IMG/VR virus record: IMGVR_UViG_3300028888_000063
Span: 32,001 to 96,000 of that record
Length of the DNA: 64,000 bases
Reading direction: 5' to 3' (one strand)
Source of the DNA: a virus
Taxonomy: Duplodnaviria > Caudoviricetes
The stretch's first letter is position 1; every line of letters starts with the position of its first letter. The translations under genes and the position numbers were made by a program. The notes beneath the pieces are model-generated. The model saw only the letters and a program-made list of their open reading frames with translations, made no database searches and had not been told where the DNA came from. Of the stretch, positions 10,201-21,021 are shown piece after piece.

Positions 10201-12176
10201 TTAATAATGAAGGTGGATATATCCTGTCCCCGCAGGTTGGCGCAGGACGTAAAGAGACTGATAATACTTTTACTGGTATTACTATTGGTGAGGTTTTCCA
10301 AGACCAGAACAACAAAGAAATTGGTATGTTTGGTTATTATCATGGATCTAGGAGTTTGTTCTTAGACGCGGAAACTGGTGATGCAGAATTTGGTGTTTCT
10401 GGCAAAGGACAGATCAAGATTCATGCTAGCGATGGTGAAGGCACCATTGATTCCGGTGACTATGTTTATAATCATGATAAAGATAGTTCTGGGAATTATA
10501 TCGGTAAAGGTTTAAAGATAAAATTTACTAGTACAGGTACTGGTAATGAAAAAGGCCCATATATTAGATATGGTTCTGGTAACTTTTCTGTTGATGCAAA
10601 TGGTTATTTAACAGCAAAAGGTGGAGGCAATATTGCTGGTTGGGAAATTGATGATGAGAATTTTTATAGTACAAATGGTAAAATGTATCTTAATTCATCA
10701 ACTCCTAAAATTTATGCACAAACAAGTGCTTCCGCAAAACATAATACATTAACATCGACGAATCCAGGATTTTATCTTGATGATACTGGGATGTCTATTG
10801 GTAGTATATTTAGAGTTAATAGTACAAATGATGGTAGTTTATTATTAGGTAGATTAACTAGCGGTAATAAATATTGGACTATTAATGCTAACTCAAGCGG
10901 AGATTCATATATTGCTTATAATACTAATAAATCAGTTCCATCTATTACAGGACCTACAACTAATATCCAAGGAACTGCTAATTCAGTATTTTTAGGGACT
11001 AGTGGAATTAGATTAGGAACTAAATTTGCTGTTGATGCAGATGGTAATGGTTTATTTAATAATTTATATGCCAATGGCACAGGTCAAATCGCAGGGTGGA
11101 AGATTTCTAGCACCAGTTTGACAAGTGCTGATGATAAGACATATTTAGCATCATCTGGGGATATTAGATTTAATGTAAATAATAAATTTTATGTTAATGC
11201 AGATGGTAGTTTTTCTGCTGCGAATAGTAATTTTACTGTTGATTCTAGCGGTAAAATAATGTCTCGATCTGGAACTATTGGTGGATTTAATATTGCACAG
11301 CATAAATTATATGCTACAAGTGGTAATTTAACTCTTAATGATGAAGGTTCTATTTATGGTCCAGCGGTTGGGGCTGATTATGCTTGGAAAATTGTGCCAT
11401 CAGGTCGCGCGCATTTTACAGATATTGTTATTAATAATACAGCAAATCAATCAGTTGAAAATAAATTTACTTGGACAAATAGTTCTGGACAGAATATATT
11501 TAGGTTAACAGATAGTGGTAGCCAAATTGGTGGTTGGAGTATTTCTGGTAACCAATTAAGTTCTGGTATTGTTAGTTTTAATAGTAGCGGTGCATTAACT
11601 GGTGGAGCTGTTTTATCTGTTGGACAAGCATTTGCTTTATATGGCAATGGTAATTTAAGTTCCGCGGGCAGTGCTTCATTTAGCGGTAATTTAAGTGCAA
11701 GCGGTACTGGTAATATTGGTGGGTGTACATTTGGCGGGGGCCAATTTAATTGTCCAAGTGGTGTTTTATATTTTGGTGGGCAGATGGTCACATTAAGTAA
11801 TACTGCGTTTTTAACGTCAGTAAGCCCAGAAATACATGTTAATATTGAACAACCAAAGTTTACATTTACACCTGCAGGGAATATCTCCGGTTCTGCTAGT
11901 GGGTCTATTTCTCTTGGATGTAGTGGTTCTATTAGTGGAAGTGCTGGAGATGCAGCTGTAGAAGGTACTTTTTCAGGTACTGCAAGTGGATATGTATCAT
12001 TACCAATTTCCGCTAGTTTTACGGGTACTGAGCAAATAGTTACAGCGGATAAAAATTTTGTTTATAGTATTAAAGACCTTGGTGGTATTCAATATACGCA
12101 TTTAATTCAAGCCATGCGGACTGGCAGCGATGTTACATCTCAAGTGCCAATTCATTGGAATGGTGGAGGCGGATAA
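7266..12176 (+). CDS. Large tail/baseplate protein (central spike/fibre-like) with C-terminal beta-repeat region
   Basis: 1636 aa, TTG start with AAAGGAG SD; G/S/N/T-rich C-terminus with repeated GxI(A/G)GW/FxI motifs; position after TMP. Confidence 0.7.
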   Translation: MNVAENIINAVNILIDSKTSKLQYNKTIRGQIAEVLDASIGQYKIKYQNSYFTAYSMDSNANYQKGSDVYVEILSSDFEKNALIVGTVTRLGTHYLSAIDQINNFNEVGINTVDSENVFNFCSYNGIQEQVIWQENAINQYLAAYLENNSATNRNLLIKQLTNGATVNYNGFKLDKQAVSEYAAAADTIEIGAHLQTHLESEQRVGSGNYGLKVYTMYYDAAYPNKADCELLQKVYIFDINDMTGQPYKYDAGSDQYGIYSIDSENLIGITKIVGFCNNFPVTETGHENDISISDVKVQFLEVLSEEELTSSSLRITTPYGSYFPQGADSSITKTLHAVLKIKGKKVNYNSQHVDFYWFKRNLSVFSGDKLFSPYGGNGWECLNTVKTNIDGSALSYTDFIPAGADFVVKQSLCPCEKTTFKCVAVFSDAGVSVSLNSTIIIKNYTKNYDVYLTSSMGTQFNFNSGKTTLTATGFNKVSSVNYIYYWTKSIDGGTPEYVSDNMPITEDHIQVEINDPDSEFVQYECSVFANGSLLGTAAITLLNGSNPYGHTLVIRDGTQLFKYDGYGISPTSNSLAKIDRMVIPVLTFDIYDSYGNLIDISNDEKPRRMAIKWVWPTATAATKDQTMLTTTETLRLITVPDIANDTTKTQYVVQQQSTFSYGILDRYNAVYANTDISRNNIILEVDFEGEHLVASTNFTFTKEGELGTNGTKYTARIVPVGNTEGYFILGTGTNAQLYSINAGYKGVTRKLAAGAQATIASLFTAQLWNGDNTNVTATNIKWSLASSTTRASGKLPLLTINGSYVKMNSTSGSRALSTILQAAITYRPTGSERELVIYATYAIPCVSATFTYGGNTCYPWLRDGYQEVMYESDGTRGRFNPLPFLTCMITPNGLVDVNYTSANAASGKITSTWNIQGSYNYPNEFKVEPPANFIGETVNHYITYNYSTSSALYYPVQLYLNRYGMSAMNDWDGSSIQINNEGGYILSPQVGAGRKETDNTFTGITIGEVFQDQNNKEIGMFGYYHGSRSLFLDAETGDAEFGVSGKGQIKIHASDGEGTIDSGDYVYNHDKDSSGNYIGKGLKIKFTSTGTGNEKGPYIRYGSGNFSVDANGYLTAKGGGNIAGWEIDDENFYSTNGKMYLNSSTPKIYAQTSASAKHNTLTSTNPGFYLDDTGMSIGSIFRVNSTNDGSLLLGRLTSGNKYWTINANSSGDSYIAYNTNKSVPSITGPTTNIQGTANSVFLGTSGIRLGTKFAVDADGNGLFNNLYANGTGQIAGWKISSTSLTSADDKTYLASSGDIRFNVNNKFYVNADGSFSAANSNFTVDSSGKIMSRSGTIGGFNIAQHKLYATSGNLTLNDEGSIYGPAVGADYAWKIVPSGRAHFTDIVINNTANQSVENKFTWTNSSGQNIFRLTDSGSQIGGWSISGNQLSSGIVSFNSSGALTGGAVLSVGQAFALYGNGNLSSAGSASFSGNLSASGTGNIGGCTFGGGQFNCPSGVLYFGGQMVTLSNTAFLTSVSPEIHVNIEQPKFTFTPAGNISGSASGSISLGCSGSISGSAGDAAVEGTFSGTASGYVSLPISASFTGTEQIVTADKNFVYSIKDLGGIQYTHLIQAMRTGSDVTSQVPIHWNGGGG

Positions 12177-12187
12177 TTTATTTTATA

Positions 12188-12564
12188 TGGAATATAATAA
12201 CTTTATTTTAAATCAATTAGAATTACAAATTAAACAAACTATTATGGAATATAATTTACCAGTTGGCACAGTTTGTTTATTGTTAAAAGATATAGCTCAT
12301 GAAGTTGAGTATTTATATGAACAGCAGATTCAGCGTGAGCAAGCTGCATATTTAGAAGAGCATAAGGATGATATACAACAAAATAATGATGTAACTTCCA
12401 CAGTGCAAGAAGTACAAACACCAATGCAAGGAAGAGTTATTATTGATAATATAAAACCTGAAGAGGTTGAATTACATTATACTGATCCAGAATTAGCAGA
12501 TAAGAAGATAGATGCTAAATTAGATGAGTTTAAAATAAAACAAGTAGATATTGGACAGGAGTAA
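12188..12564 (+). CDS. Hypothetical protein (start re-assigned to MEYNN)
   Basis: ORF 12130-12564; ATG at 12188 avoids overlap with the upstream gene. Confidence 0.55.
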
Positions 12565-12627
12565 CACATCTTTTAACGGATCTTTTTAAACATATTAGTA
12601 AGGATTTACAGAAGAAGGAGGAGTTAA

Positions 12628-13131
12628 ATGGTTGAATTACTATCTAAATACTCTGTAAATGAAATTCTTATTTTTATGGTTTTACTTGCAGTTGCTTTTA
12701 AAACGGTTTCTTCTTTTTTGGATTGGGCAAGAGAGAAACGTAGAACTTTGACAATTAAAGAAATGAAGCCTGAAGAGCTTAGTAAAAGCATTGAAAAAGA
12801 AATTCAAAGACGAGAAGAGCAATTACAAGAATTAGAAATAAAACGTGAAAAGGATGCCGCAGAGTTGCGGAATCAAATTAAAGAAGTTGCACAACATGTT
12901 GATAATGTTACAACTAAAATAGATTTATTAATTGAATCTGATAAAGATGATATTAAAGCGTTTATTACAAGAGAGTATCATTATTTCTGTGAGCAAAAAG
13001 GTTGGATTGATGATTATAGCTTAGATTGTATTGAAAAACGCTATGATCATTATGTAGAAGAGAAAGGGAATAGTTTTATTAGTGGGTTAATGGAAAAAAT
13101 TAGAAATTTACCACATACCCCACCAGATTAA
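12628..13131 (+). CDS. Putative holin-like membrane protein
   Basis: One N-terminal TM helix, coiled coil, C-terminal YxxYxxxxGNS motif typical of Firmicute phage holin-like proteins; strong SD. Confidence 0.55.
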   Translation: MVELLSKYSVNEILIFMVLLAVAFKTVSSFLDWAREKRRTLTIKEMKPEELSKSIEKEIQRREEQLQELEIKREKDAAELRNQIKEVAQHVDNVTTKIDLLIESDKDDIKAFITREYHYFCEQKGWIDDYSLDCIEKRYDHYVEEKGNSFISGLMEKIRNLPHTPPD

Positions 13132-13137
13132 AATTGG

Positions 13138-13166
13138 GCGCGGGGCTAGTTATCTAGTCCCCGCGC
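13138..13166. terminator. GC-rich intergenic hairpin
   Basis: gcgcggggctag-ttat-ctagtccccgcgc; no clear T-tail. Confidence 0.45.
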
Positions 13167-13186
13167 AGAGATAAAAGGAGGAAGAA

Positions 13187-15946
13187 ATGGCAGCTTCAAA
13201 TAGATTATATCCACCAGTTCTGGATTATGCCATGCCAGCTTTTGCCTTAGAAAATTTAGAAACAACTGGTGTTAGAATATATTTTTCAATTCCAGTTTAT
13301 AACTCCGTGGGAGATATAGGATCAGTTCATGTAACGGTACGTTATTTAGACAGTAATGCAAATGCATTAGCTGGATCATATCCTGCAAAAATTAAAGTTT
13401 GTCAAATGAATTCAGTAACTTTAGATGAAGATCCTATAAGATTTGCACGAAATGACAAATATTATATTACTTTATTTAACTCAGATTTAGCAAAAGGCTT
13501 TGAAACAGGTACTGTTTATAAAATTCAGTTACGTTTTAGTGCTTTAGCTTATACCGCAGGCGGTGGTTCGCCCAGCGCATCGTGGTTTAATGAGTATTAT
13601 GCTAGTTTTTCTGAATGGTCTACAGTAAGTTTAATTCGTCCTATCCAGAAACCAGAATACACAGTTTTAGGACTGGAGGATGCCGCCACAGGTTCCGCCG
13701 TTTCATATACTTCTGTTGATTCTGTTTTTACTGTTACTTATTCTCAAAAAGATCAATCTGAACCGTTAAAATCTTGGCGTGCTAGATTATATGATGAAAA
13801 TAAAGCTCATTTGTTAGCAGATAGTAGCTGGCATACTTATAATAATTATAATTATCTCCCAGTGGATGAGCAAGGGATTGTAGCTTTTGATGCTATTTTA
13901 CCTTATGAAATGTCAGCTAATCATATGTACGTTTTAGTTTTAGATATTGAAACTAGAAATGGATATACATCTACTACAGATTTTCCATTTACTTGTGTTC
14001 AAGCTACAACAGATTTTTTTGATGGTTCTGTAAGTTTTGATATTAATGAAGAAGAAGGTTATGCAACAATACATGTAGCTTCTAATTCTTCATTAAGTAA
14101 TAATGTAGTTGTCAGACGCACTTCTTCAAGAAGTAACTTCACTGTTTGGGAAGATATTTCAGTAAAAACTGTTATTAATGATGTATTAAATTGGGATTTT
14201 AAAGATTTTACAATAGAATCTGGAGTATGGTACAGATATGGTGTCCAGATTCGAGATGTGCGTGGCCGCCGCGGGCCTTTATCAGTTTTAACAGATATGA
14301 AAATGGGTGAGTTTGAACATGCATTTTTATTAGGCGAAGGTGGAGTTCAATTAAAACTTAAATATGATTTTAATATTTCAACTGCAAATATTACGGTTTC
14401 AGAAAATAAAACTGATACAATTGGTTCTAAATATCCTTTTGTTCGTAGAAATGGCAACATGTATTATAGAACATTTCAATGTTCAGGTCTTATTACTGGA
14501 TATATGGATATGGAAGAACATTTATTTACAACCAACGATGAGATTTTAGATCAAAATACTGCTCGATATAAAGCGATTCGAGATCAAGTCAATGAAGTTG
14601 TAAATCAATACGATTATACTTATGAGCGTGAATTTAGACGAATTGTACAAGATTTTTTATATGATAATAAAGTAAAATTATTTAAATCTTTACAAGAAGG
14701 TAATATTTTAGTTAAATTACTAAATATTTCTTTAACCCCTAAAAACAATTTAGGAAGGTTACTTTATTCATTTACTGCTCAGGCAATAGAAATCGGCGAA
14801 CCAACTATTCAAAACTTCAATGATTATAAATTGCAAGTAGTTGGGGCATACTCTACTTCTATTAATTTTTCACAGAATAGACTAGGGCAAGTTAGTAGTT
14901 TTAATTACTTTGATTCTAATGATAAGCCAGTTTATAAAGTAATACCGGCGCGGACTAATTTAATTCAAGAGATTAGTAAAAATTATGGTTGGAATTATAA
15001 TTTAAATGGTGCATTATCTAGTATTACTCCAAGCAATGGACTAGTTGTTAAAGATTTTCAAGTGACGCATTTAAGAATAGAGTTTGAGTCGCCGCCCTAT
15101 TTAATTTTAAGGAGCGGAGATTCACTTACACCATTTGATGATTTAAACTATTCTTCTATTGCTAATTCTGGTGATATGAAAGATTTATTACTTGGATGGT
15201 TATTATATATAGATGGAGTTACTGTTTTGGTACAGCCACCTAATAATATATATGAATTAAAAGATGATGCTTTAATTTTACACTCTAATAGTGTTATTTA
15301 TCCATATAAAGATTGTGAAATGAGTGTGTATTATGCCGCTCAAATTAATCAAGAAGTTGATGAATCTAATATTCCAGTCAGTTTAAGTTTAATCACTTCT
15401 ATTGGACAGCTTTGGAGAATTTTTACACCTGATACTACTCAGGAAAATATTGTTGCTTTATTGAGTAATCAATATACTTATAATGATCGTAATACACGAT
15501 ATACTTTTTCAAGTTTAAATTTTGCAGATATAGAAGCAGATCCAGGAACAATTATATATGCAAGATCTACTGCTACTTCAGAAGATACAAAATTTATAAT
15601 GAATGAAACTGGCCATTTATTATTAGACCCAGGTCTTTCTGGCGTGAATATAGCATCTCTACATTTTGAAGGTAAAGAATTCGATTTTAGATATGTTTAT
15701 ACTGATAATGGTGGAGAATTTAGTGTAGATAAATTTATTGAGATACACAATAATGGTAATTCTAAGCCAACTCATGCACGAGATTTTGATTATTATATAG
15801 ATTCTGAATTAGGTTTACAAATGTTTTATCATAGAAAATGGCGGAATGCTGTTAAAATTAATGATTATACCTATGATATTCAATTCCCTGTTGAAGCGAT
15901 AATTAATTATCAAATTCAACAAACGAAGGGAGTGTATAGTACCTAA
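13187..15946 (+). CDS. Virion structural/baseplate protein with Ig/Fn3-like segments
   Basis: 919 aa, beta-rich; Fn3-like DFTIESGVWYRYGVQ motif; tail-module context. Confidence 0.6.
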   Translation: MAASNRLYPPVLDYAMPAFALENLETTGVRIYFSIPVYNSVGDIGSVHVTVRYLDSNANALAGSYPAKIKVCQMNSVTLDEDPIRFARNDKYYITLFNSDLAKGFETGTVYKIQLRFSALAYTAGGGSPSASWFNEYYASFSEWSTVSLIRPIQKPEYTVLGLEDAATGSAVSYTSVDSVFTVTYSQKDQSEPLKSWRARLYDENKAHLLADSSWHTYNNYNYLPVDEQGIVAFDAILPYEMSANHMYVLVLDIETRNGYTSTTDFPFTCVQATTDFFDGSVSFDINEEEGYATIHVASNSSLSNNVVVRRTSSRSNFTVWEDISVKTVINDVLNWDFKDFTIESGVWYRYGVQIRDVRGRRGPLSVLTDMKMGEFEHAFLLGEGGVQLKLKYDFNISTANITVSENKTDTIGSKYPFVRRNGNMYYRTFQCSGLITGYMDMEEHLFTTNDEILDQNTARYKAIRDQVNEVVNQYDYTYEREFRRIVQDFLYDNKVKLFKSLQEGNILVKLLNISLTPKNNLGRLLYSFTAQAIEIGEPTIQNFNDYKLQVVGAYSTSINFSQNRLGQVSSFNYFDSNDKPVYKVIPARTNLIQEISKNYGWNYNLNGALSSITPSNGLVVKDFQVTHLRIEFESPPYLILRSGDSLTPFDDLNYSSIANSGDMKDLLLGWLLYIDGVTVLVQPPNNIYELKDDALILHSNSVIYPYKDCEMSVYYAAQINQEVDESNIPVSLSLITSIGQLWRIFTPDTTQENIVALLSNQYTYNDRNTRYTFSSLNFADIEADPGTIIYARSTATSEDTKFIMNETGHLLLDPGLSGVNIASLHFEGKEFDFRYVYTDNGGEFSVDKFIEIHNNGNSKPTHARDFDYYIDSELGLQMFYHRKWRNAVKINDYTYDIQFPVEAIINYQIQQTKGVYST

Positions 15947-18096
15947 TGGATGATTTTTTAAAGGATAGAGTTTTTTTAGATGCATTTGATAATTTGCCTG
16001 TAAAAAATCAGTTTGTTAAATTAACAGTTCTTTCTTGGAATGAAGAACCTTTAAGTGAAATTCAAGGAAAAGTAGTAAGCGGGAATTTAAATTTAAATGG
16101 TTCTTCTTCTTTAAGAAGAACAGCTAATTTGACTATTTTTGCAGAAGAAAAAGAAAATGATTTATCGCAAATAGATACTGATTTATCTATTAATAGGAAA
16201 ATAAAATTAGAAATTGGTTTTGAAAATACTGTTCCACCTTATATTTATCTTGCTTATAATGAGCAAAGTCAACGATTAGTTGAAAATCAAATTGATTATA
16301 GAGATTTATATGGTGATATGATCTGGTTCCCATTGGGAATTTATGTTATATTTGATCCGAATATTTCTCATAGTACAAATGGTGTTTCAATTACTTTGAC
16401 TTTAAAAGATAAAATGTGTTTATTAAATGGGGATGCAGGTGGAAAATTGCCAGCAAGTACAGAATTTCATTTACGCGAGCAAGAAGATGAAGATGGGATA
16501 GTTACCGTGGATGCTCCAATAATTAGACAAATTATTCAAGAGTGTGTACAGCATTTAGGCGGCGAGGATCCCGCTCGTGTGATCATTGCTGATCTAGATG
16601 ATAGATTGCGGCAGGTTGTTAGGTGGATGTCTGATGACCCATTATATTATGCACAAGCGCCAGTAACTAGCATAGATAATGTAGGCCAATCTAAATATTT
16701 TCTAGATTATGACGAAGCTGTCCGATGGGCGGCCGGAGTATCTAGCGCCAATGCGTATGATGATCTTAGCGATAGTGCGAAGAGTGAAGCAGCCGCCGCA
16801 GTTACAATTATTTCTTATGGGCAAGAAGCAGGATTTATTATGACTGATTTTATTTACCCAGGAGAATTAATTGGAGACGCAGGAGAAACTATTACTAGTG
16901 TTTTAGATAAAATAATTTCCATTTTAGGAAATTATGAATATTTTTATGATGTATATGGTAATTTTAGATTCCAAGAAATAAAGAATTATTTAAATATTAC
17001 CTATACAACACAAATGTTAAAAAATAAAACTCAATATTCTGATGCAGAGGCTAATTACATTTCGAACATGACCGGCGTCCGCAGCGAGAATGAAATTGAT
17101 TATAGTGTAGATATTACAGGAAATGAACGTGCAGCATATACCTTTGCAGGTTCTAAATTGATTTCTTCTTTTGCTAACGCGCCAAAATACAGTAATGTAA
17201 AAAATGATTTTGTAGTATGGGGAGTTAGAACTGCCGCAGATGGTAGCACTAAAATTCCTATTCGATACCATTTAGCTATTGATAAAAGACCTGAAATGCA
17301 ATGGGATGAAAGTGCTAGTGAATGGTATTATCAAGATCATGAACATATTACTTTTTATACAGATGAATATGATGTTAAAAGAGCTAAGGTTCATTTATCT
17401 ACAACAGATGCAAGTTCTGAAGGTGGAGAGACTGTAAGAACTTATGATTGGCGTGAAGAAATGTATTTTCAAGGTATTGAAGCTTCTTCTACTGGTTCAG
17501 ATTATCCTTATTATTTTACTGAATTAGTGTCAGAGTGGCCTAAGCTTTGGGATTTTGATAATCATAAATTTAAGCAAACAGTTGGTTATAATCCTGCGGG
17601 GATTGATTTCTTCTTAGACATATTGGATGAAAATTCAGAAGTGGGTAAATATAGTGTTAATAATATTGGCAGAAGAAGTGAAGTAGTCTCTGATGATAGT
17701 ATTAACTGTGTATTTGAGCAAGAGGTGCCAGATGTAGTATTTATTTCAACTGCGCAGGGACCAGAGGAAATGGAGTATATTAGAGCTGAATGTGATGCTA
17801 TTGGTCAAGAGTATATTCAGGTTGATGAGTCTATTTACAATCTTCTTTCTATTGGTGGAAAACAAAATTCGTGCTATCAAAGAGTTTGTGAAATGCTTTA
17901 TCAATTTACTAATATGAATAATTCTATTACATTGCAGACTATTCCTATTTATTATCTAGAACCAAATACAAGAATTAATGTCCAAGATCCTGCTTCTGGA
18001 ATTTATGGAGATTTTGTTATTCAAACTATCTCACTTCCTCTAACTGTTGCAGGAAATATGAATATTACTGCAAATAAAGCCTTGCAAAAGATTTAA
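15946..18096 (+). CDS. Tail/baseplate hub-like protein
   Basis: 716 aa; GNLNLNGSSSLRRT, YFYDVYGNFRFQ and IPIYYLEPNTRI motifs typical of phage tail hub proteins; coupled to upstream gene. Confidence 0.6.
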   Translation: MDDFLKDRVFLDAFDNLPVKNQFVKLTVLSWNEEPLSEIQGKVVSGNLNLNGSSSLRRTANLTIFAEEKENDLSQIDTDLSINRKIKLEIGFENTVPPYIYLAYNEQSQRLVENQIDYRDLYGDMIWFPLGIYVIFDPNISHSTNGVSITLTLKDKMCLLNGDAGGKLPASTEFHLREQEDEDGIVTVDAPIIRQIIQECVQHLGGEDPARVIIADLDDRLRQVVRWMSDDPLYYAQAPVTSIDNVGQSKYFLDYDEAVRWAAGVSSANAYDDLSDSAKSEAAAAVTIISYGQEAGFIMTDFIYPGELIGDAGETITSVLDKIISILGNYEYFYDVYGNFRFQEIKNYLNITYTTQMLKNKTQYSDAEANYISNMTGVRSENEIDYSVDITGNERAAYTFAGSKLISSFANAPKYSNVKNDFVVWGVRTAADGSTKIPIRYHLAIDKRPEMQWDESASEWYYQDHEHITFYTDEYDVKRAKVHLSTTDASSEGGETVRTYDWREEMYFQGIEASSTGSDYPYYFTELVSEWPKLWDFDNHKFKQTVGYNPAGIDFFLDILDENSEVGKYSVNNIGRRSEVVSDDSINCVFEQEVPDVVFISTAQGPEEMEYIRAECDAIGQEYIQVDESIYNLLSIGGKQNSCYQRVCEMLYQFTNMNNSITLQTIPIYYLEPNTRINVQDPASGIYGDFVIQTISLPLTVAGNMNITANKALQKI

Positions 18097-18111
18097 AGGA
18101 GATAAAAGGAT

Positions 18112-18993
18112 ATGAGTATAAAAATAGGGCAAATCCGAAAAAATCCTTCCACTCAATATATTAGCACTTTATCTAGCTATAGTTTAGGAACCTTCCAAAG
18201 TGCGGGAGCTGGCAGTACAACATTTTCAGATTTTGCTATTAGAGCAAGTTTCCGAGCGGGAACTACATATTATGTAAGAGTTGCTATTAATCGTATTAAT
18301 ATTAATACTATTATGGGAAATTCAACAGGCGCAGGAGATAATGACCCTCATAATCAATATATTGATATTAAGTTATTTGCAGAAGACACTGCGAATTCAG
18401 AATACCAACGGATTGGGGAGTCTGTTTTAGTCGAACCTTATTTAAACGAAGATACAGCAAGTTCATTGGAAAATGAATCTGCTTTTATGAATTGGTGTGC
18501 TGCTTGCGTAAGAGATAATAATCCTTCCATGAATTTATATCCCGGAGCTAGTATATATTATGCTAATTTAGTAGAAATTTATAATCAGCGAAAAGCAAAT
18601 TATACTGGATTAGAAACTAATATTACAGAACCAACTAAAGCAATTGAGATTGTATTTACCCCTTATAGGGATGCTCAAGTATTAGTATTTCAATTAAGCC
18701 GGGTTGCTTATGACTATAGCTTTACCCCACGAATTGTGTCAATTGATACAACAGCAGGAAATAGAGATATTGCTACAGTTAATAATCTCTTTAATGGGAT
18801 TATTGGTATGGCTAATAAAATTGGAGTTCAATCTCGACCGGGTGCATTGGTAGTTATTAATCAAACTCCAATGAGATTAGGTAAAAGTGGAATATTGGAG
18901 ATTAATAATGGTATTCCAATAACCTATTTTGGGATGGTTGCTCCAAGTAACCAAGTTAGTGAATTTCTTGCAGATTATTCTTATACAGCATAA
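18112..18993 (+). CDS. Putative virion structural protein
   Basis: 293-aa ORF with SD in the tail operon. Confidence 0.55.
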   Translation: MSIKIGQIRKNPSTQYISTLSSYSLGTFQSAGAGSTTFSDFAIRASFRAGTTYYVRVAINRININTIMGNSTGAGDNDPHNQYIDIKLFAEDTANSEYQRIGESVLVEPYLNEDTASSLENESAFMNWCAACVRDNNPSMNLYPGASIYYANLVEIYNQRKANYTGLETNITEPTKAIEIVFTPYRDAQVLVFQLSRVAYDYSFTPRIVSIDTTAGNRDIATVNNLFNGIIGMANKIGVQSRPGALVVINQTPMRLGKSGILEINNGIPITYFGMVAPSNQVSEFLADYSYTA

Positions 18994-19009
18994 AGGGAGG
19001 ATTTAAATT

Positions 19010-20956
19010 ATGTATTCTTTTTATGGCGGCAAGCAAGGACATTCTTATAAAATAGTTGCACATTATAATAGTATCTATGATATGGTGCGCGCGTTCCAAG
19101 GCGGCGGTGCCTATACAGCAGTTAATTATGATGAATATGTTATTATAGATACTGTTATTGAAAGAAATCAAAAAAATAATTTAGAAAATGGTATTTTATA
19201 TCGGCGTGGATATAATTTCTCTGAAGAATTTAATCCAAGTGCAATACCATTAAATGACGCAAATACTACACTATCACCTAATCAATTGACTGCAGCACCA
19301 GTTACTTTATCTGCAAATGAATACGGTGTTGAGTATGAATATGGAACTGTAGATAGTGGTATTTATAGTGTTTCTGCGCGGGTTCCAAGGTATAAAGATT
19401 TTAGTTATATCTTATACAATGATGGAACTTATGAAATTTTGGTTAGCGATGATGGATTCCATACAGATCAATGGAATGATGACTGGCGTACGTTCGTTGA
19501 GCATCCTGGCGGTGGTGCTGAATATATAGGTCAAATTGTTGGGCCAGAAGGTGCTACCCCTTCAGTTGCAGTAATTAGTTGGGATGATTTACGTGATTAT
19601 AGACAGAGCGGGGAAGGCGCCGCAGAAGAAGTTCAAGGAGGCTTTATAGTTGACCCTCGGCCAGGATATGACCCAACCGCCGCAGGTACAGAAGGGTATG
19701 ACTTAAATGGATTTCATGATGAAATTCAATATGCTCACTGTACACTAAGAGATGCAGATGGTAATGTCACAGGTTCATATATTGCTTTTGATATTCCATA
19801 TACTGTCTTTACTTTTGAAGCACAAAGTATTAGTCCATATGATACTACTTACGGAACTTATGATGAGACTACGGAAACCTGGTCTTATCAAGGATTAGTT
19901 TCAGAAGGCGCCGAGTCTATTGGGCATCCTTTTTATAAATCTTATCATATTAAAATTCCTAAAGGTATCCATGGTCAAGATTTAGAGAGTGTACAAACTA
20001 AATATTATAATGCTACAGATTCTGAAGTAGCTGGTAGTCGCGATGATTTAGAAGATGGTTTATGGTTAACTTATAAGACTAAAACTTATAATGATACAGG
20101 TGAGCCAATAGCATCAGCAGAGATTCCAATTGATCCATATAAAGTTATTTCTTCTATTGATATACTTTATCGTGGTGCTTCTGAAGCAGGCCCGCATACC
20201 TATCCTTTTCAAACTATTTTCCATTATACTTATGGATCAGACACTGTATTAGATCTTAATTCTATTGATAGAATTTGGAGACAAGAAGAGACTTCTGGAA
20301 ATTTATTAGTCAATCATATTTATGCTTTAATGGCTAATAGTGATGTAGCTACTGATTTAGGTTTAGTACGTCAAGTATATTCAGTTGAAAAAGACCCAAC
20401 AGATTTAAACTTTTATACTTATTACACCGATGACACAACAGAAGAGCGATTAGCTCATAGAACTATTTTCCCAGTTGCCGAAATTGAGCAAATGAAATTG
20501 CGCGGCGATTTAGTATTAATTAAGTATAAAGATGTCCCGAACAGTTTTTATACTGATTCTGGTGTACCTACTTACACAGACCCTGTTACTAATGAAATTT
20601 GGTTTAATTTAGGTTCTTGCGTTAAAGGTAACCATATTTATACTAATTTTGAGACATATGAAGATTTAGTTGCTGCATATCCTTATGGTTTAGGTTATAC
20701 TAGTACTGGGGCAGTAGATCCAACTACTCAAGAGAGAATGGGTTGGAATATTACAGTTGGTGCTGATAATAATTATAGTATTTATGCCTATGATTATATA
20801 AATGGCGGTTGGTATAAGATGCAAGATCTGGGTGCAAGTAGTATTAAACCTTTATACACCATGTTAGTAGCACCTGCAAATCAGCAAGGTTTACCAGATT
20901 CTTTGGATGCCGCGTTATTACAGGAGAATGGATATTGGTTTGTTGCTTCTGAATAA
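19010..20956 (+). CDS. Putative virion structural (baseplate/tail) protein
   Basis: 648 aa, Tyr/Asp/Thr-rich, SD GGGAGG. Confidence 0.55.
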   Translation: MYSFYGGKQGHSYKIVAHYNSIYDMVRAFQGGGAYTAVNYDEYVIIDTVIERNQKNNLENGILYRRGYNFSEEFNPSAIPLNDANTTLSPNQLTAAPVTLSANEYGVEYEYGTVDSGIYSVSARVPRYKDFSYILYNDGTYEILVSDDGFHTDQWNDDWRTFVEHPGGGAEYIGQIVGPEGATPSVAVISWDDLRDYRQSGEGAAEEVQGGFIVDPRPGYDPTAAGTEGYDLNGFHDEIQYAHCTLRDADGNVTGSYIAFDIPYTVFTFEAQSISPYDTTYGTYDETTETWSYQGLVSEGAESIGHPFYKSYHIKIPKGIHGQDLESVQTKYYNATDSEVAGSRDDLEDGLWLTYKTKTYNDTGEPIASAEIPIDPYKVISSIDILYRGASEAGPHTYPFQTIFHYTYGSDTVLDLNSIDRIWRQEETSGNLLVNHIYALMANSDVATDLGLVRQVYSVEKDPTDLNFYTYYTDDTTEERLAHRTIFPVAEIEQMKLRGDLVLIKYKDVPNSFYTDSGVPTYTDPVTNEIWFNLGSCVKGNHIYTNFETYEDLVAAYPYGLGYTSTGAVDPTTQERMGWNITVGADNNYSIYAYDYINGGWYKMQDLGASSIKPLYTMLVAPANQQGLPDSLDAALLQENGYWFVASE

Positions 20957-21021
20957 TTAGGTCAAAACAATATAATTTTATTATTATTTTCTTTGATATT
21001 AGGTAGAAAGGAGAAAAAGTT